A stretch of 63,672 bases of DNA, the filler included, from Choristocarpus tenellus KU-1152 (taxonomy: Eukaryota; Protista; Phaeophyceae), in the NCBI GenBank assembly GCA_964200185.2. It is 11 parts of 11 records of this genome, joined end to end, with 100 filler letters (N's around TTAATTAATTAA, not from the genome) between each part and the next. Parts side by side here need not be neighbours in the genome. Positions count along the whole stretch, not along the records: positions 20,065 to 26,579 come from CAXNAD020007965.1; positions 26,680 to 31,847 come from CAXNAD020011636.1; positions 31,948 to 40,102 come from CAXNAD020005070.1; 8 more parts are not named here. The stretch is one strand, 5' to 3'. Under the pieces are notes generated by a model that ran no database searches, was not told the DNA's origin, and was given only the letters and a program-made list of their open reading frames with translations. Position numbers and translations under genes: made by a program. Of the stretch, positions 24,774 through 37,652 are shown piece by piece. The first letter of the stretch is position 1, and the number at the start of each line of letters is the position of its first letter.

Positions 24774-26113
24774 GCAAGTTTTTTTTTGTTTACCATGTGA
24801 TTAATGTTATTATTATTGTGTCTTTGGTGATTATGCGTGTGCGTGCGATGCGCTCTTTTTTGCTCAACTCAAAATATGTTAACACACAAGTATGGTCATG
24901 ACGCCAATAGTCCAAGTGGACACCAGGACAAGAAGAGGACACGATGGTGTTGGTGGTCAAGCCAAAATACGATGCGAGGTGGACACCGTGGAACATTACA
25001 TCTTGTTGAAGGGATCGATCCACACAAAGTGGAATTTATGTGACTCACCCTCAAGGCCTGTCACTCAACAGAAGGGGAAAACCTGAACCTTCTGTTAACA
25101 AGGCTAGGCACTTTGTGACTATGAACGAACAACACATTTTCGTCGAAGAGAGTCATACGGCCTACTGAACCATCCGCCCTGCACAGGCGTGTGCAAGTGT
25201 TTCTCGGTGAGGGATGTTCTTTTCACCGCCACACACATCTCCACTCATGCGAGATGCTTGAAACGCTCATCCCTTCTCTTGTTCGCAAACTCAGCAATGC
25301 GGTCTAGTGTTGCAAGGAAAGTGAAGCAGAGTGGGAGTTTAGGGTTAGGGTTAGCCTCGAAAAATCTTTGGCCTCCGATGATATCCCTCGCCAGCCCTGA
25401 TGCTATTTTCTCGCAGCCATGATAGTTACGAAATCCTCTCAACTACCAACTTCAACAAATTTACGCTTTGGCAAACCGTTAGCCGTACGGAGATTTATTA
25501 CGCTCGGTGAAGGATGGGATGAAATGGACACCAAGAGAAACGTTTGGTTTGAGGATGATGACGAATGACTTCCTCTGAAATGTATGGTACATGGCTCGCT
25601 GTGCCTACAGTTAAGAGTCTTTTTTTTCGGTTTTTCTTTGAGAGTGCCCGATATACGTACCCTTTGCGACGAGAACAATAAACCGTTTTGGTGTGGGTAG
25701 ATACCCACTCGAGGAACTACTATTGTCCTAGAGGTTGATCTCTGCTGTTCGACCGTGAGTGAGCGGATGGTAAAGAAGAGTGCTTGGAAGCGTTTGAACA
25801 GGGGATAAACGTTGCGTAAGGAGTGAGCAGAGTGAACGTCATCGACCTTCGATGCCTGTCGCTCCGTTAGGGGGTTTCAACTTAACCGCGATCCATCTCA
25901 AATAGACAGGAGTCTGTTTTATCTGGGTGCCCCTAGTAGGGGCGTGGAGTGTAACGTCCATCCCTATCATGGACTTCATCCCTTTCCTGCTTTCTATTTG
26001 CCTTCCGCATTTCCTTTAGTCTAGAGGTAGCTTCGGAGCTGTCAAGGCACAATTGGGTTAAGAGAACCCTCACGTTGCTTTGCCACCTGAGTTGTGGTAC
26101 AACTGTCTCTCTT

Positions 26114-26240
26114 GAGTGAAAGTATCTTAGGGTTAGGGTACGAGTTTTGCCCTGTTTGTTCGTTTGGGGCTTGACTTCCTACCGGTTTCTTATGATATTT
26201 TCCTACTCCAAAAATGTTTCGGAGTAGGTAAAATGCGTAC
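26114..26240 (+). mobile_element. MITE family B, 5' half, TIR carries (TTAGGG)2
   Basis: GAGTGAAAGTATCTTAGGGTTAGGGTACGAGTTTTGCCC...GGAGTAGGTAAAATG. Confidence 0.88.
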
Positions 26241-27145
26241 AGTCGATGTACCTATAGAAGAGAGGGTAGGGGCAAGCAAAAAGCTCCTCTTATATCCCGA
26301 TCCTCTCTTCTCTCTCTCTCTCTCTCTCTCTTCTCTTGTATATAAGAGCGCTTTTCTCTTAAACTGAGGGATCGTGATAAGAGAAGTCTATTTTATATCG
26401 AGCAAAAGTGGTCGTAGGCGCTTTATACTTGTACCAGAATGACGACCAAGCAACCCCCTTGCTCTATGTACTTCCCATGTGCCTTCAAGAGTAGTTACAT
26501 GTAGATATGTATTGAACATTGCCCTCAGTGAGCCCATTTCGATGGAGTTGTGGTGGTGCAGCAAGCACCACATCTACACNNNNNNNNNNNNNNNNNNNNN
26601 NNNNNNNNNNNNNNNNNNNNNNNTTAATTAATTAANNNNNNNNNNNNNNNNNNNNNNNNNNNNNNNNNNNNNNNNNNNNACCATCACAACTAGGCCACAG
26701 GAAGGCACTTTCCCCGTCTCTTCCAACTTTCAAACTTTCCCCACCCCCCTCCCCTCTCCCCCGCCCTACACCAGAATGAAGACAAGCATGAGAGAAACGA
26801 CTTCCATCATCTGAACAACGACTTCGATACCCATCAATACTCATCAATACCCATCAATACTGCACGTGTTTCCACCACTCCCATGCCAACAATCGCGAAA
26901 CATGGTCTGTGAAGTACAGAGTAACAAAATTGACACAGAGCAACAATGAGAACAATTTACTACTACAAAAAACAGAAATAAAAACCGACAGAAATATAAA
27001 CCAACTAGCTCCAGATTTTGTTGGCGCAAGGGTAATCTTTGCCAGCAGTAACACTAAGACCCTAAGTGTGCGATCCGTATGTAATCAGAAAGGTACTCCA
27101 TCCCATACAGCTTCATCTGTTCTAGATATTTGAATAGTTACTCAC

Positions 27146-28929
27146 ATCCAGCAACTGAGGGTAGTTGCCAGCTGACGACCCAGCGACTTCTCCTTCTCTG
27201 ATCGAGCTGCCGGCTCAATAGTAATGCATGTCGCCCAGGGGTTGTTGCCAGTGAGTTCATGAGCCGCTGCCTTGGCATCCTGAAAATTGACAGGGGGAAA
27301 AGGAAAAGACACAGAGCACATGGTCAAGATAAGAGTAGTAGTACAGTCAAGAGGTCAGAAGAAAAGACGGAGGGAAAAGAGCAGGGCTTCTTTATCAATG
27401 CACAACAGAGATTGTAGAAAAAAAAACAGCCTATAGGCATCACTCTGAACAGTCAACAACACATCCATCATAAAGTCATGCATCACCTACAGATTTAGCG
27501 ATCAAGTTACCTGTACCTAGTAGGTGGGTTGGCAACAGAGGGGAAGGGGGGGAAAGAGAGCAGGTAAACACTTTCTATTCCCTTACCTGTATGTTGTGGA
27601 AGTCCACGCAGAAACAAACTTGGTGACCGCCAGCTCGCATGGCTATCTGCTTCGACACACCTCGAAGGTCACCATACCTCTGGAAAACCCTGTAAACGTC
27701 GGCCTCGGTCACATCACGCGGAATGTCATGGACAACCAGGTTCCCCTCTTTGAAGCTGCTTCCTGCATGAAGCATGACACTGAAATGTGCTGCTGGTGGA
27801 GGCCCAGAGGAGTTTCTGTATGAAAGTCGGGACAGATCCCGACCAAGGGATTGATGTGCCCGGACAGCATGACGGATATCGTAGTAGGCTAGGAAGGCAA
27901 CGCGTTTCTGCCTGAAGTCAGTGTGGAGGTAGTACACTGGACCGTACACCTCACATGCACTACGCAGGTCTTCCTCTGGGACTGACTCTATATTCCACAG
28001 AATAATCGCACGAGACTCGCTATCAGTTAGAAATTTCATCAGCTCTGCCCCCGAAGGCGAGTTTAATACTGCTGTCCAACTCTCATCCAAATAGCGTACC
28101 TCCCCACCCTCGCGCCCCTCGGATCCTCGGTGGTGGTGCCCCCCCCCTTGAACTTGACCTTGGCTACTCTGACTCCGACCTAACAGCTGTAACGACACTT
28201 TACTGTGGTTGGCTCCATTATTTTCCTGTCCCTGCTGAATTATGAGCCCGTTCCTGTCCTGCATAGACTTCTCGTTGTCCGTCTCCCCTTGCCTGTTGCT
28301 GGAAGATCGGGAAGGGTAGTGCTCATACGGTAGTCGCGTCTGCTGTGCGGCAATCCAAGACGGTGGGTGCTGAGGCGAACTGGTCAAGGCAGCATGCGGG
28401 AGGAAACTTTCCCCTGGTCCCTGGAATCCGGGAGGCACAGTACGCGCCTGCCCTTGAGGCTGCGCCTTGGCCTTAGCCTGGGCGTTGAGGTCGAGGCTGT
28501 TGATAACAAGAGCTAATTCTGACCCAATGGCATCTACCAGATCAAGATTTGTACTACTAGCCACACGCTGGGGGGCCTGCTGGTCAAAGGAAAAAGCCTG
28601 ACCATAAGGTCGAGTTGGTAAAAGCATGGGCGTAGAAGTGGTCAACGGCGAAGGAGGGGAGGGGACAGTGTTCTGAGGTGAGAAGGAACATTACAATCGA
28701 AATGTAAGAGGTAGCCCTGCACCGCAACGAGAAGTAGCACTTGCTACGACTAATGCCGTTCGTCTATCATTAAACTAGTGATTTGTTTTCCACTCACCGG
28801 AGCGTACGGTTGCTGGACAAACTCGACCCCTGATGCAGGAGACTTCACTTTCAAATTGCCCGCCAAAGGGTCCTTCCAAAAGCTCTCCTGGTGATTATAT
28901 CCACCATCAATGCCCACCGACTCCGACAT
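27146..28929 (-). CDS. MEI2-like RNA-binding protein (RRM1 and RRM2), 5' part
   Basis: Exons 28929-28798 (MSESVGIDGG...QQPYAP), 28672-27587 and 27279-27146 join in frame with GT-AG boundaries. SRAIILWNI...YGPV...AFLAYYDIRHAVRA and EGNLVVHDIPRDVTEADVYRVFQRYGDLR...FCVDFHNIQ|DAKAAAHEL match the two N-terminal RRMs of Mei2/AML proteins. RRM3 would lie off the contig. Confidence 0.85.
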
Positions 28930-30461
28930 ACGTCCAGCCGGCGCCAGTGTTACAGTCGGATGCTACCCTAGCACAGATTACAGGATCTCCTTGTAAGTCT
29001 TCGGACCTCGTTGGCCTCTTCAAAATACCCCTTATCTCACCAATTCTAATAGGTTTCAAGCTCACAACCGGCAGGGAAAGCTTAGCTTTGGAACTGGAGA
29101 AATGTTATCTCTAGACAGAGATAAGAATAGAGCGTAACCCTCTGTCTTGCTAGCTTTCTCTATCCCCACCAACAAATCCACAACCACCCAATAAGCTTCA
29201 AGTTGAGAAGCCGCCAAGTGATATTGAAGCGCACCAAAAGGCAAAACACCAACCGCGAAAGTTCCAAGGACACTATCTTAACTATTCCTACGGTTAGTCC
29301 TGTGCAGTAAAGGGGAATGTGATCTCTGAGTTAAGCGATCATTAGTCTTTGTTGCCTTCACAATCTTCCACGCTCTCTCTGCCAAACACAAACCAGAAGC
29401 TTCAAGGGAGGTAAAAGCATCTGGATTGATGTTTTTTGTTATTGTTCCTTCCTTCTCATTGGTACAACACAGTACCAACTTCAATATGAGATTGCACCCC
29501 GCGCATCCACTGCGCGCGCTGAAAATGTCAAACCTCGCATCATAACTCATACAAATAGACATGAACATCATGTTGAGTTGGAAGCGAAAGAAATTTCCAA
29601 ATTTCGATGACATATGTTTCATCATACAATAACACGTATATACGTACGGTAAGGGTTGAGGGGTATTGCTTCTATTGATGAAAAACACAAGGTGAGAAAA
29701 ATGAAACCTCATCAGGGACGTATCTCTTGTGGGTGAAGATAGGAAGCAACGTCGAAGAGAAACAATGAACGGTGAGACTTATTATGGGGTGATATTTGAT
29801 CACTATAAGGTCTATTGAACATCCATCCATATATTTCAAATAATGAATAGTAATTTGCAGGACTTTGACTGGACCAGTACTGAACTGAACCAATCAACTG
29901 GACCTTGGTTTCATCCCCTCCTACAATCTTGTACTCCTAATAAATATATACATATATTATACCCACTAAAATGTTGAGAGATCACGTGGACCACATGTGA
30001 ACACTACACCATCTCATAAAATGAAAAGGTACCTGCATAGTGCCATGGAGCAGCACTCTGTAGTGCTACGAAAACGACACACTGATTCACACACAATTGT
30101 ATCTTTTTTGGCAAGTACTACGATAGACCGAGATCAATAGAGATGGAGACCAGAAAACGTTCGGAACATACTGAAAGTATAGAGCCAAACCAATTGAGAG
30201 GTAGGCAGGTCTGGACCCCCTTGAATTCCAAACGACCTTTCTTCTCCCGTGGAACACCCTCTATTTCATTGCTTTTGTGTGCACAATAATAGTGTACGGA
30301 AAATTGATATTCCTCCTTTCCGCAAAGAAAGTGACCCCACAATTCAGCAGAGGCTATTTCCGGAGTTGCATGAAGTGGCATATTTTTGTCTTTTCTTGGG
30401 ATCCTTGAAATGTAACCCTGCCTACCTCTCTGTCTAAGTTTGCCGGATGCTCAAAGGAAAC

Positions 30462-30680
30462 GAGGTACCCAGAGTTGCATTTTAAGGATGTAAATATGTG
30501 CAAAAATCGCTTTTTTAATAAATGTATATAGGATATTTCTGAATTGTGGTGAAATTTTTCAAGAAATAGATAAATCAGCTTCTCGAGTCAAACTTAGCAC
30601 TTCATTTATTGAAATATAGGTGAACTGCGAAAGATCAAAAATCTGGCATTAAATGCAAACGGTCAAAACCTGGGTACGTC
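30462..30680 (-). mobile_element. MITE family C (about 225 bp)
   Basis: TIR GAGGTACCCAG / CTGGGTACGTC. Reverse-complement match to 42767-42997. Confidence 0.8.
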
Positions 30681-31624
30681 TAGTTTGCTTTGTCTCAGGA
30701 TCAAATATTTCAGACAAACTGAAGCCAGTCTGTTACAGGCGATATGTCTTGACTGTGGTTTCATAAACACCATTATAAACTTGAAGTTCTAAATTTGATA
30801 TATTTGTACTTCTTGACTATTTATTTATTATTTGGTCATTATGGTCCCCGATTTTGATAAACATTGTAGACCAGTTCCTTTTTATACGATGATATTGATG
30901 ACAATCCAAGTGAGAGATCCAGCATACTTAACGACTTGTGCATCAGGAGTCCTATACGTACATCAGTATCATCTATAGGCCTGTAGATTGGAGCGATACA
31001 TCCTGTGGAGGTAAGCTTTCTGGGGCGCCTGTAACATGGAGGTCCTATCGCCTCTCTTCAAACTGGAGAGACTACTCAGTACCCACCTCAACACTTAGGA
31101 TCCTTGGTAGCTCCCTACGATAGCCTGTTTTTTTTTTCACCTGGTCCGATGGTCTCCTCGAATGGTTCTCGATCACCTTCGTCGTCCACTGGACTTCCTT
31201 CTACTTGGCCTCGTCATCTCCTTGGGTGTAATGGCATCTGTGGCTCCGAGGGAACCATTATCCTTCTATAGGTTTACAACGAGTGGTCTCTGACCGCCAC
31301 ATCATCCACCTATAGTCGTAAATGAGTGGTTTCTGACCGCCATGGCATAGACGTTGCCTAGGTAGTTCTTCCTCGCTATTCGTACACTCACATTCCCAAT
31401 CTGTTTTTCGTGTGTCATGGTGTTCTTTTACTTCACAAGTTCCGCTGGGGATCAGTAATTTGGAGAGGTTCCAGCCCAGGGCCAGACTTTGCGAATTCCT
31501 GTAACAGTCGTGATGGCTCAACGCGTTTTTGCATCGCGTCCATGCATCAATAACTCAACCCCTTTCCACAGTCTCAAAAGAAACGAGGAGATATGTTGAC
31601 CATTGTTGGAATTCACGGGTTTAG

Positions 31625-31800
31625 TTGGAACTGGAGTCCCTATGTTGGAAACAACTGGCTGAGTGGGAACGGAGTCGGAACAGAGTCGAAACTGGAGTCC
31701 CTATGTTGGAAACAACTGGCAGAGTGGGAACGGAGTCGGAACTGGAGTCCCTAGGTTGCAAAAAAACTGGCAGAGTCGGAACTGGAGCCCCTATGTCGCC
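31625..31800. repeat. Compound tandem repeat
   Basis: ACTGGAG(T/C)CCCTA occurs four times, with AACTGGC.GAGT and GAGTCGGAAC modules. Confidence 0.9.
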
Positions 31801-32597
31801 ATGTGGCAATTAATACATGCTGCCGCAGCACGATTCGAGGTGATAGANNNNNNNNNNNNNNNNNNNNNNNNNNNNNNNNNNNNNNNNNNNNTTAATTAAT
31901 TAANNNNNNNNNNNNNNNNNNNNNNNNNNNNNNNNNNNNNNNNNNNNAGCTAGGGAGGCATCCCAAGAATCCAATAAACCCCTCCGTGCCCATCTCCCTG
32001 GTGACTCTAGCTTAAAACGCATACACGTCATTCACTTCAATATAGTTGATATTCACAAATCGGTAGATCTCCACTACTAGTAGTATATGTGTGTCAAGGA
32101 CTAAAATAGCATGCAGATCCACTAGTAGTACATGCGTAACAAGAACTAAAACAGCCCAGGATTGCAATTGGGACGAGTATGAAAACTGATGGGAGAAAGG
32201 AGTTATTTCCATTTTGTGTTGGTGGTCATAATACAGTGGCACAGCACATTGCAAGAACTGTGACATGCAGTAACTGCCTAAATTTTGTCCTGTTGGATGA
32301 CGAGCAGAGTATGAAGGAGGATTGCTCTTGTTGCTCTTATCTTCCAATGTTGGAATTACACGTTCGGTGGCAGGAGACATAATTGAGGGGCAAATGCCGA
32401 ATGATTTGTTCGCTTCTCTTTATCCTTATCCTTTCTCCCACCTATCAACAACAGGGCCCCATGTATTATCGCACAAAAACAAAAACATTTCGTCTTGGTC
32501 AACCACGCTTAGTATACACATTCGGATTAACCTTTCCCCTCAGCGAGAAAATATCTCAAGGTTTTACTATATACTCAGTACTACATGCTTTCAAGTA

Positions 32598-35500
32598 TCA
32601 TTGACGGTATCCAGAGTCCAGACCATCCGCAATTACGGCCATGACGTGCCAGAGCATCTTGGCTTGTGTCATCTTCACAGGCTCTGAGAAGTGGATTGAA
32701 TTATTGATCCTTTTGCACTCGAGTTTGTTAAATATGAATGCAGTGTCTTCCAACATGTACGGTCCCCCAGCAGAGTTTCCACCATTGAAGTCGATCCGCC
32801 CTCTCTGCAAGACTTCAAGGCGTCGAACATGGAGCTCTTCCACCCATTCACACCGCACATCCTCCTTCATAAATGGGTTACCTTGCATCAACAGCACAAT
32901 AGGCCGTAAACCCTCCTTTGATTGCTGCTGAGCAAAATCGATCAGTTGCTGTGTGACATCCAGGCATTGGCCCATAGATCTCATGCAGTGTTCCTGAAAA
33001 TATTCTACATCCACATCATCCCACTGGATTGTACCGCCCCAAGGTCTCTCAGGAGATTTCAACTGTCAAGTGCAGTAACGGTCAGGTCAATGGTAAATGG
33101 GGGAGGATGTCAGTTGAACTCAGGGAAATTTTTTAAGTTCAATTTTCTAGTATATGCAAGGAACTTCTGTACCATGACAAACGTAGATGGGTCAGGAAGT
33201 TATCACCACAGAAACAATGCAAGGTATCAACATAGTATTGGAATTCATAGTCTGGTCTCGTAAGAGCTGAGAATACAATGGCATTAGAAATGAAAAGCGT
33301 AGGGATTGTATGACAAATGATCCTGTAACTTCAAGGAGTATCCTGTTAACACATCGACTACACATCAAATCAAAGGAATCCCTCATCTTAACGGACAACA
33401 AACACACACCCAATGGCTTAAAGTATCTGGAGGGGGCGGGGGCGGTTGTCCATTTGTGTCCCATTTTTCCATGTCGCAATTTTGGGTAATTTGGTTGCAT
33501 GAGTCAATGGATAATATAACTCCACTTTTTCTGGTCAGGGCCCGAACGGACACCCTGGTGTAGACCCCCACTCCCCCCCCCCCCCAAGCTTCTTGGAGTC
33601 AATCACTTCATCCTATCATTTACTAAGTAATACCAGAAATATTATTACAATGCTCATGCTGACTTACCAGCATGCTGGTAATGAACACAGTCGGACTACA
33701 CTCATACATACATATCCACAAGAACATGACCAGCATGGCAGTCAGTCGAGGTTAGGGTCGCATGTGGCCTGTGAGCAGTGAGGCACCAAGAAAATAGGTC
33801 ACCTCACTTGTGAAGGGCGCCGCAACTCAAGACATCCAACGTCAATTATGTGGACCAAGAGAGAACTGACATATGATCCCTTCAGCTTCTTCTACGCCTC
33901 CATAATTGGCTTGGTCATATCTCCCATGATCACCCAGTTTACCCAGTCAAGGGGTAATGGACAGAAGTCTAAACCGTCATTGGTCTAACGGGCACTTGTA
34001 GCCTCTTCAGGTAGTAGAGAATGCAATCACTAATGCACCAGTTAGACCAGCTGCAACTTGTCATGTCTTGCAGGACCTTCCGTGAAATCTTGACCACCTC
34101 ACACATCTCACCGACTCATGCTAACATGTGATTGGAGTCAGTGTACTTATCATCTGTGACACGAGAGTTGACCATGGTGGGTTTCAAACCCGTTGAAGGC
34201 CACCTCTGATGTTTTCTGAAGGCAATGCCCTCAACAGCCATTGGCCTCTTTCACAACTCCCCTCCTCTCCACTTCACAGCCGACCTCACCTCATGGGACT
34301 CACAGACTTGACTTGGCTTGAGCTAACGTGCGTCCATTGTTGGGGTGCACCTTCACTAGTGCTTCTACGCAACCAGGTCACCATATGTAGTGCTACCAGC
34401 AGAGAAGCAGATGTAGCCCATAGCCGCTTCAACTCTCTCCCAAGATGCATCAATGGAGACCAGAGTCCAAGATGTGCAACTCTTGTCGTCACATGTCGTC
34501 CATCCATAAGTTGTGGCAGTGACCTATTTATCTTCCAACATGAGAGCCATAGTTTTCTTTGTGGTGTCTTCCAGAAGTCTAGCAATGGCTTGATGACACG
34601 GAATCTTGGTCTCGAGGTTGAGTGAGGCGAAAAGAGGCCTGAAAATGGTCGAGTTTTAGACAACCTGTAACGATTAGGGGTGGTTAGGGGTGGAGAAACC
34701 AGACCAAAGAGGAAGCATTGATATGCATGCATGAACTAAAGTACACACAAAGACACGAAAAATTTGTTTATGTGGACAACATGTGCAGGATACAGAGTTG
34801 ATCATAACTCCTGACTGATGTGACAATATGAACTGCTATGTTAAAGCATGTGTACATATGGGGTATGTGTGCAGGAGGAGACTCACTAAATATGGTTGAT
34901 AGGTCGTGAAGATGGCTGGCAGAGATGGAGCAGCCACAACAATGTCATGTTCTCCAGTTTGAAGTCGTTTGTGTAAGGTAAGAGATGGTCTTTGTTCCCT
35001 TTCTCAACCCCCCCCTGGCACTTTCCAAGAGCTTTCTGTGCCTTTCCAGAGCACATCTGAAGTGTTTGATGAGATTGGTTAACGTCTTTGATATGCTCAA
35101 CGTTCTTTCATCACCATCCCCACTGCTTGAATTTGACATAGAGGAATCAAATTAAAGTAAAGTTCTTCCTGCAACTCGAGTAAGCATGGAAGAAATCCCA
35201 GCAGGGATCTGTTTACACCACTGGGCTCCAATGTTATCCAGTTATGAAGGCAGCATTTAGTCGTCAACACGTTCTCTCTGTTTTAGAGATCTGCGACAAT
35301 ACCACCTCCATGTGAAGGCTTGTCCAGGGATGAACCGTCGGAGATTACATCATGAGGACCATATTCCCTAGCTTCACTCAATGACTTCATAATCCCTCGG
35401 GTTAGGAAACTCTGTGCCATATCCTCCGTGTGGTGCAAATGTGAGAGACATAGTAGTGACAAAATAATCGTACATGTCTAAGTGGGTATCATTACGCGCG

Positions 35501-36761
35501 AGATACAAACAGGAACACTTGGAAAAATATATGCGCGGAAGACCCGCTAAATATCCATAAACTGATCTCTAAAAATTCCGTCCCCAGCTCTAAATCCAGG
35601 GCCTAGGGTCTATATCTCCTCGATAGACTTGCAGCAACAAGGGACTCATGCATTGCAAGGCACCCCTAGTGCTCACTATATCGCAATCAACACTCTTAGT
35701 AACACAACAAGATAACAAAGACTAGAGTCACAAAACATCAGTGATCTTTCATCAACCGAACTCTAGAGTATCATCTCACTATTAATCAATAATACAACCA
35801 CAGCTTGTTCATGAAGTGATCAGAACCAGCTATCCTGTATACTTTGACCAGTACTCTATCAAAGGACCACAAAATATTAACATCACAGGTTTTTCAATTG
35901 GGGGGTTGCATTTGGTTGTATGGGCAGACTGGTGTATCCACGTTTAACCTTGAAAATCGATAGTGTACAATACTCTCCAAGCACACATTAGACCAAATCC
36001 ACTCGAATCACTAGGCTCTCACCGCATTAGTGACGTTATGGATGCCGAACTGCGTCACGATCACAACCACTTTCTGTGCAGGATTGTCCAAAGCAAGTGT
36101 GGATTCTGCGATCTGGGCTTGGAAATTACTGCATAATGGTGTCCAATCGAAGATGGCATCCAATGCTCCAACCCTGTGATCTACTCTTTCATGCACGAGG
36201 GCATGAGTCGGTTTTATTCCTGTGTATAGAGATTCAAAGCTATCGGCCAGACGTCTCGTCGTACTGTCCCCTATGAAGTGGAAATAGAACATGTTGGCTA
36301 CCTTCTCCATGTTTTCCACAGTGATATCTTCAGCCTGCGAGATGGCAGTGGGGATGACAATATGAGAAACGTAATGATGGAGGTTATGTTGACGATATTG
36401 ACTAATATCTAAGGCAATATAGCTGGATCACCATAAGCATGGGACAGGCACCGATTCTCATAATGGAGAACGTGGAATTAATTCTCTGGGGTAGGCGATC
36501 TGGCTAGGGATGAAAGAAACAAAGGTTGATGTCCGCAAGTATCACCTTGAAACACCCGAGACGGTTTGATGACACAGGTAACACGTCTTCTACATCGACA
36601 TATGGCGATTGATCGCAGCCACCCTCTGGAAATATCACATCCTGAACGCACTCCTCTACATATTCACGTAAACTCTTTTTGATATCCAAGGAAACCGTCG
36701 CAGCCTCCACGAGCGTAGGTGAGAGGAGGGTGAGCACCCAGCCCATCATCTTCAGCGACAT
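32598..36761 (-). CDS. Putative secreted SGNH-hydrolase / PC-esterase (TBL/Cas1p-like) family protein, about 330 aa
   Basis: Phase-0 exons 36761-36546 (hydrophobic N-terminus MSLKMMGWVLTLLSPTLVEAA), 36334-36023 (FHFIGDSTTRR...IVTQFGIHN) and 33062-32598 (...RINNSIHF...stop). It has a GDS motif, a GxH block and a C-terminal xxxH motif. The start codon is uncertain because there is also an acceptor just before 36782. Confidence 0.7.
33415..33600 (+). mobile_element. MITE family A, full copy, TSD AAT
   Basis: Same internal sequence as the other copies. AAT at 33412-33414 and 33601-33603. Confidence 0.88.
33830..34720 (-). mobile_element. hAT transposase remnant inside intron 2 of the SGNH-like gene
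   Basis: VTATTYGWTTCDDKSCTSWTLVSIDASWE resembles the TxDxWT...Y...T..IDxxW catalytic block. DWVNW...TKPIMEA*KKLKGSYVSSLLV resembles the W...L.P...T..LEGE.YVT.S block. Multiple stops. Confidence 0.7.
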
Positions 36762-37652
36762 GACAGAGTGCACCAGCTCAGTCTGAAACAAGTAGGTAGG
36801 GAGGTAAGCTTGCTTTGCGTTGCCCCGTCTCGTAGAACCAGTGAACTGGAACTATTCGCTTGAGCTCCTCCAGCGACTCCCCTTTCCTCCACCCAGCTGC
36901 ACTCTTCGTTGGACGCCGAACCCTCGAATGGCTAATTATTGGTGGGAAGAAGAGGATAATCCTCTCAAACCTAAACCCAAAATCGATTGCACTTCCGTGT
37001 TCTTTCGTTAAAGTGGAGGAAGTTGTTGGATGCTGGTCGGAAAAACTTACCATGAAGTGGTGTATTGTGGTATTTCTTGATCATTTTGATAACTTTCCCA
37101 ACACAACATGCCATTCAAGAGAATATGTTCTCACCAGAAGTTTTGTCCCAACTGCAAAGTAGGCAAAACTCGGTACAATAAGATCACAAATACTCATTTG
37201 GTGTAATAGAACCTTACATTAATCATATGATTCTGAGAGAGTTTGACGGACAGGTAGAGTACTGTCAGTTTATTCCTAGATCAACTTTGTCCTGCCATAC
37301 CTTCTGATCAACAACGATTTTTTTCATGAAAATTCGTTTGCTGTAATCGAATTATCATGCTTAACCTTATTTTATAGGTCTCGGTTGGTTAACTTGCAGT
37401 AATCGTGAGAAATACAGGACCATAATTTTGAAAAGCAGTTCGCGAGCACGGTTCGCGCGGGCTGCCTGCAGCGCGCGCCCGTGCATTTTAGGACGATTTG
37501 ACGCCAGAAGAGGGCATTTTCACCTGGAGAACATGGGCGTAGCTGTCTCTCCCCTCTCTTTCCATTCTTTCCCGTTTATGCGATGTTGTCACCTGCTGAC
37601 TAAGGCTCACTCATGGGGGCCCGGGCTTCTGAACCAGACAATCCATGCCAAG

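Noticed and set aside
24790-26100. ORF fragments possibly from a tyrosine-recombinase or other retroelement (also 31140-31600, 41400-42050)
   Set aside because: No motif convincing enough to name.
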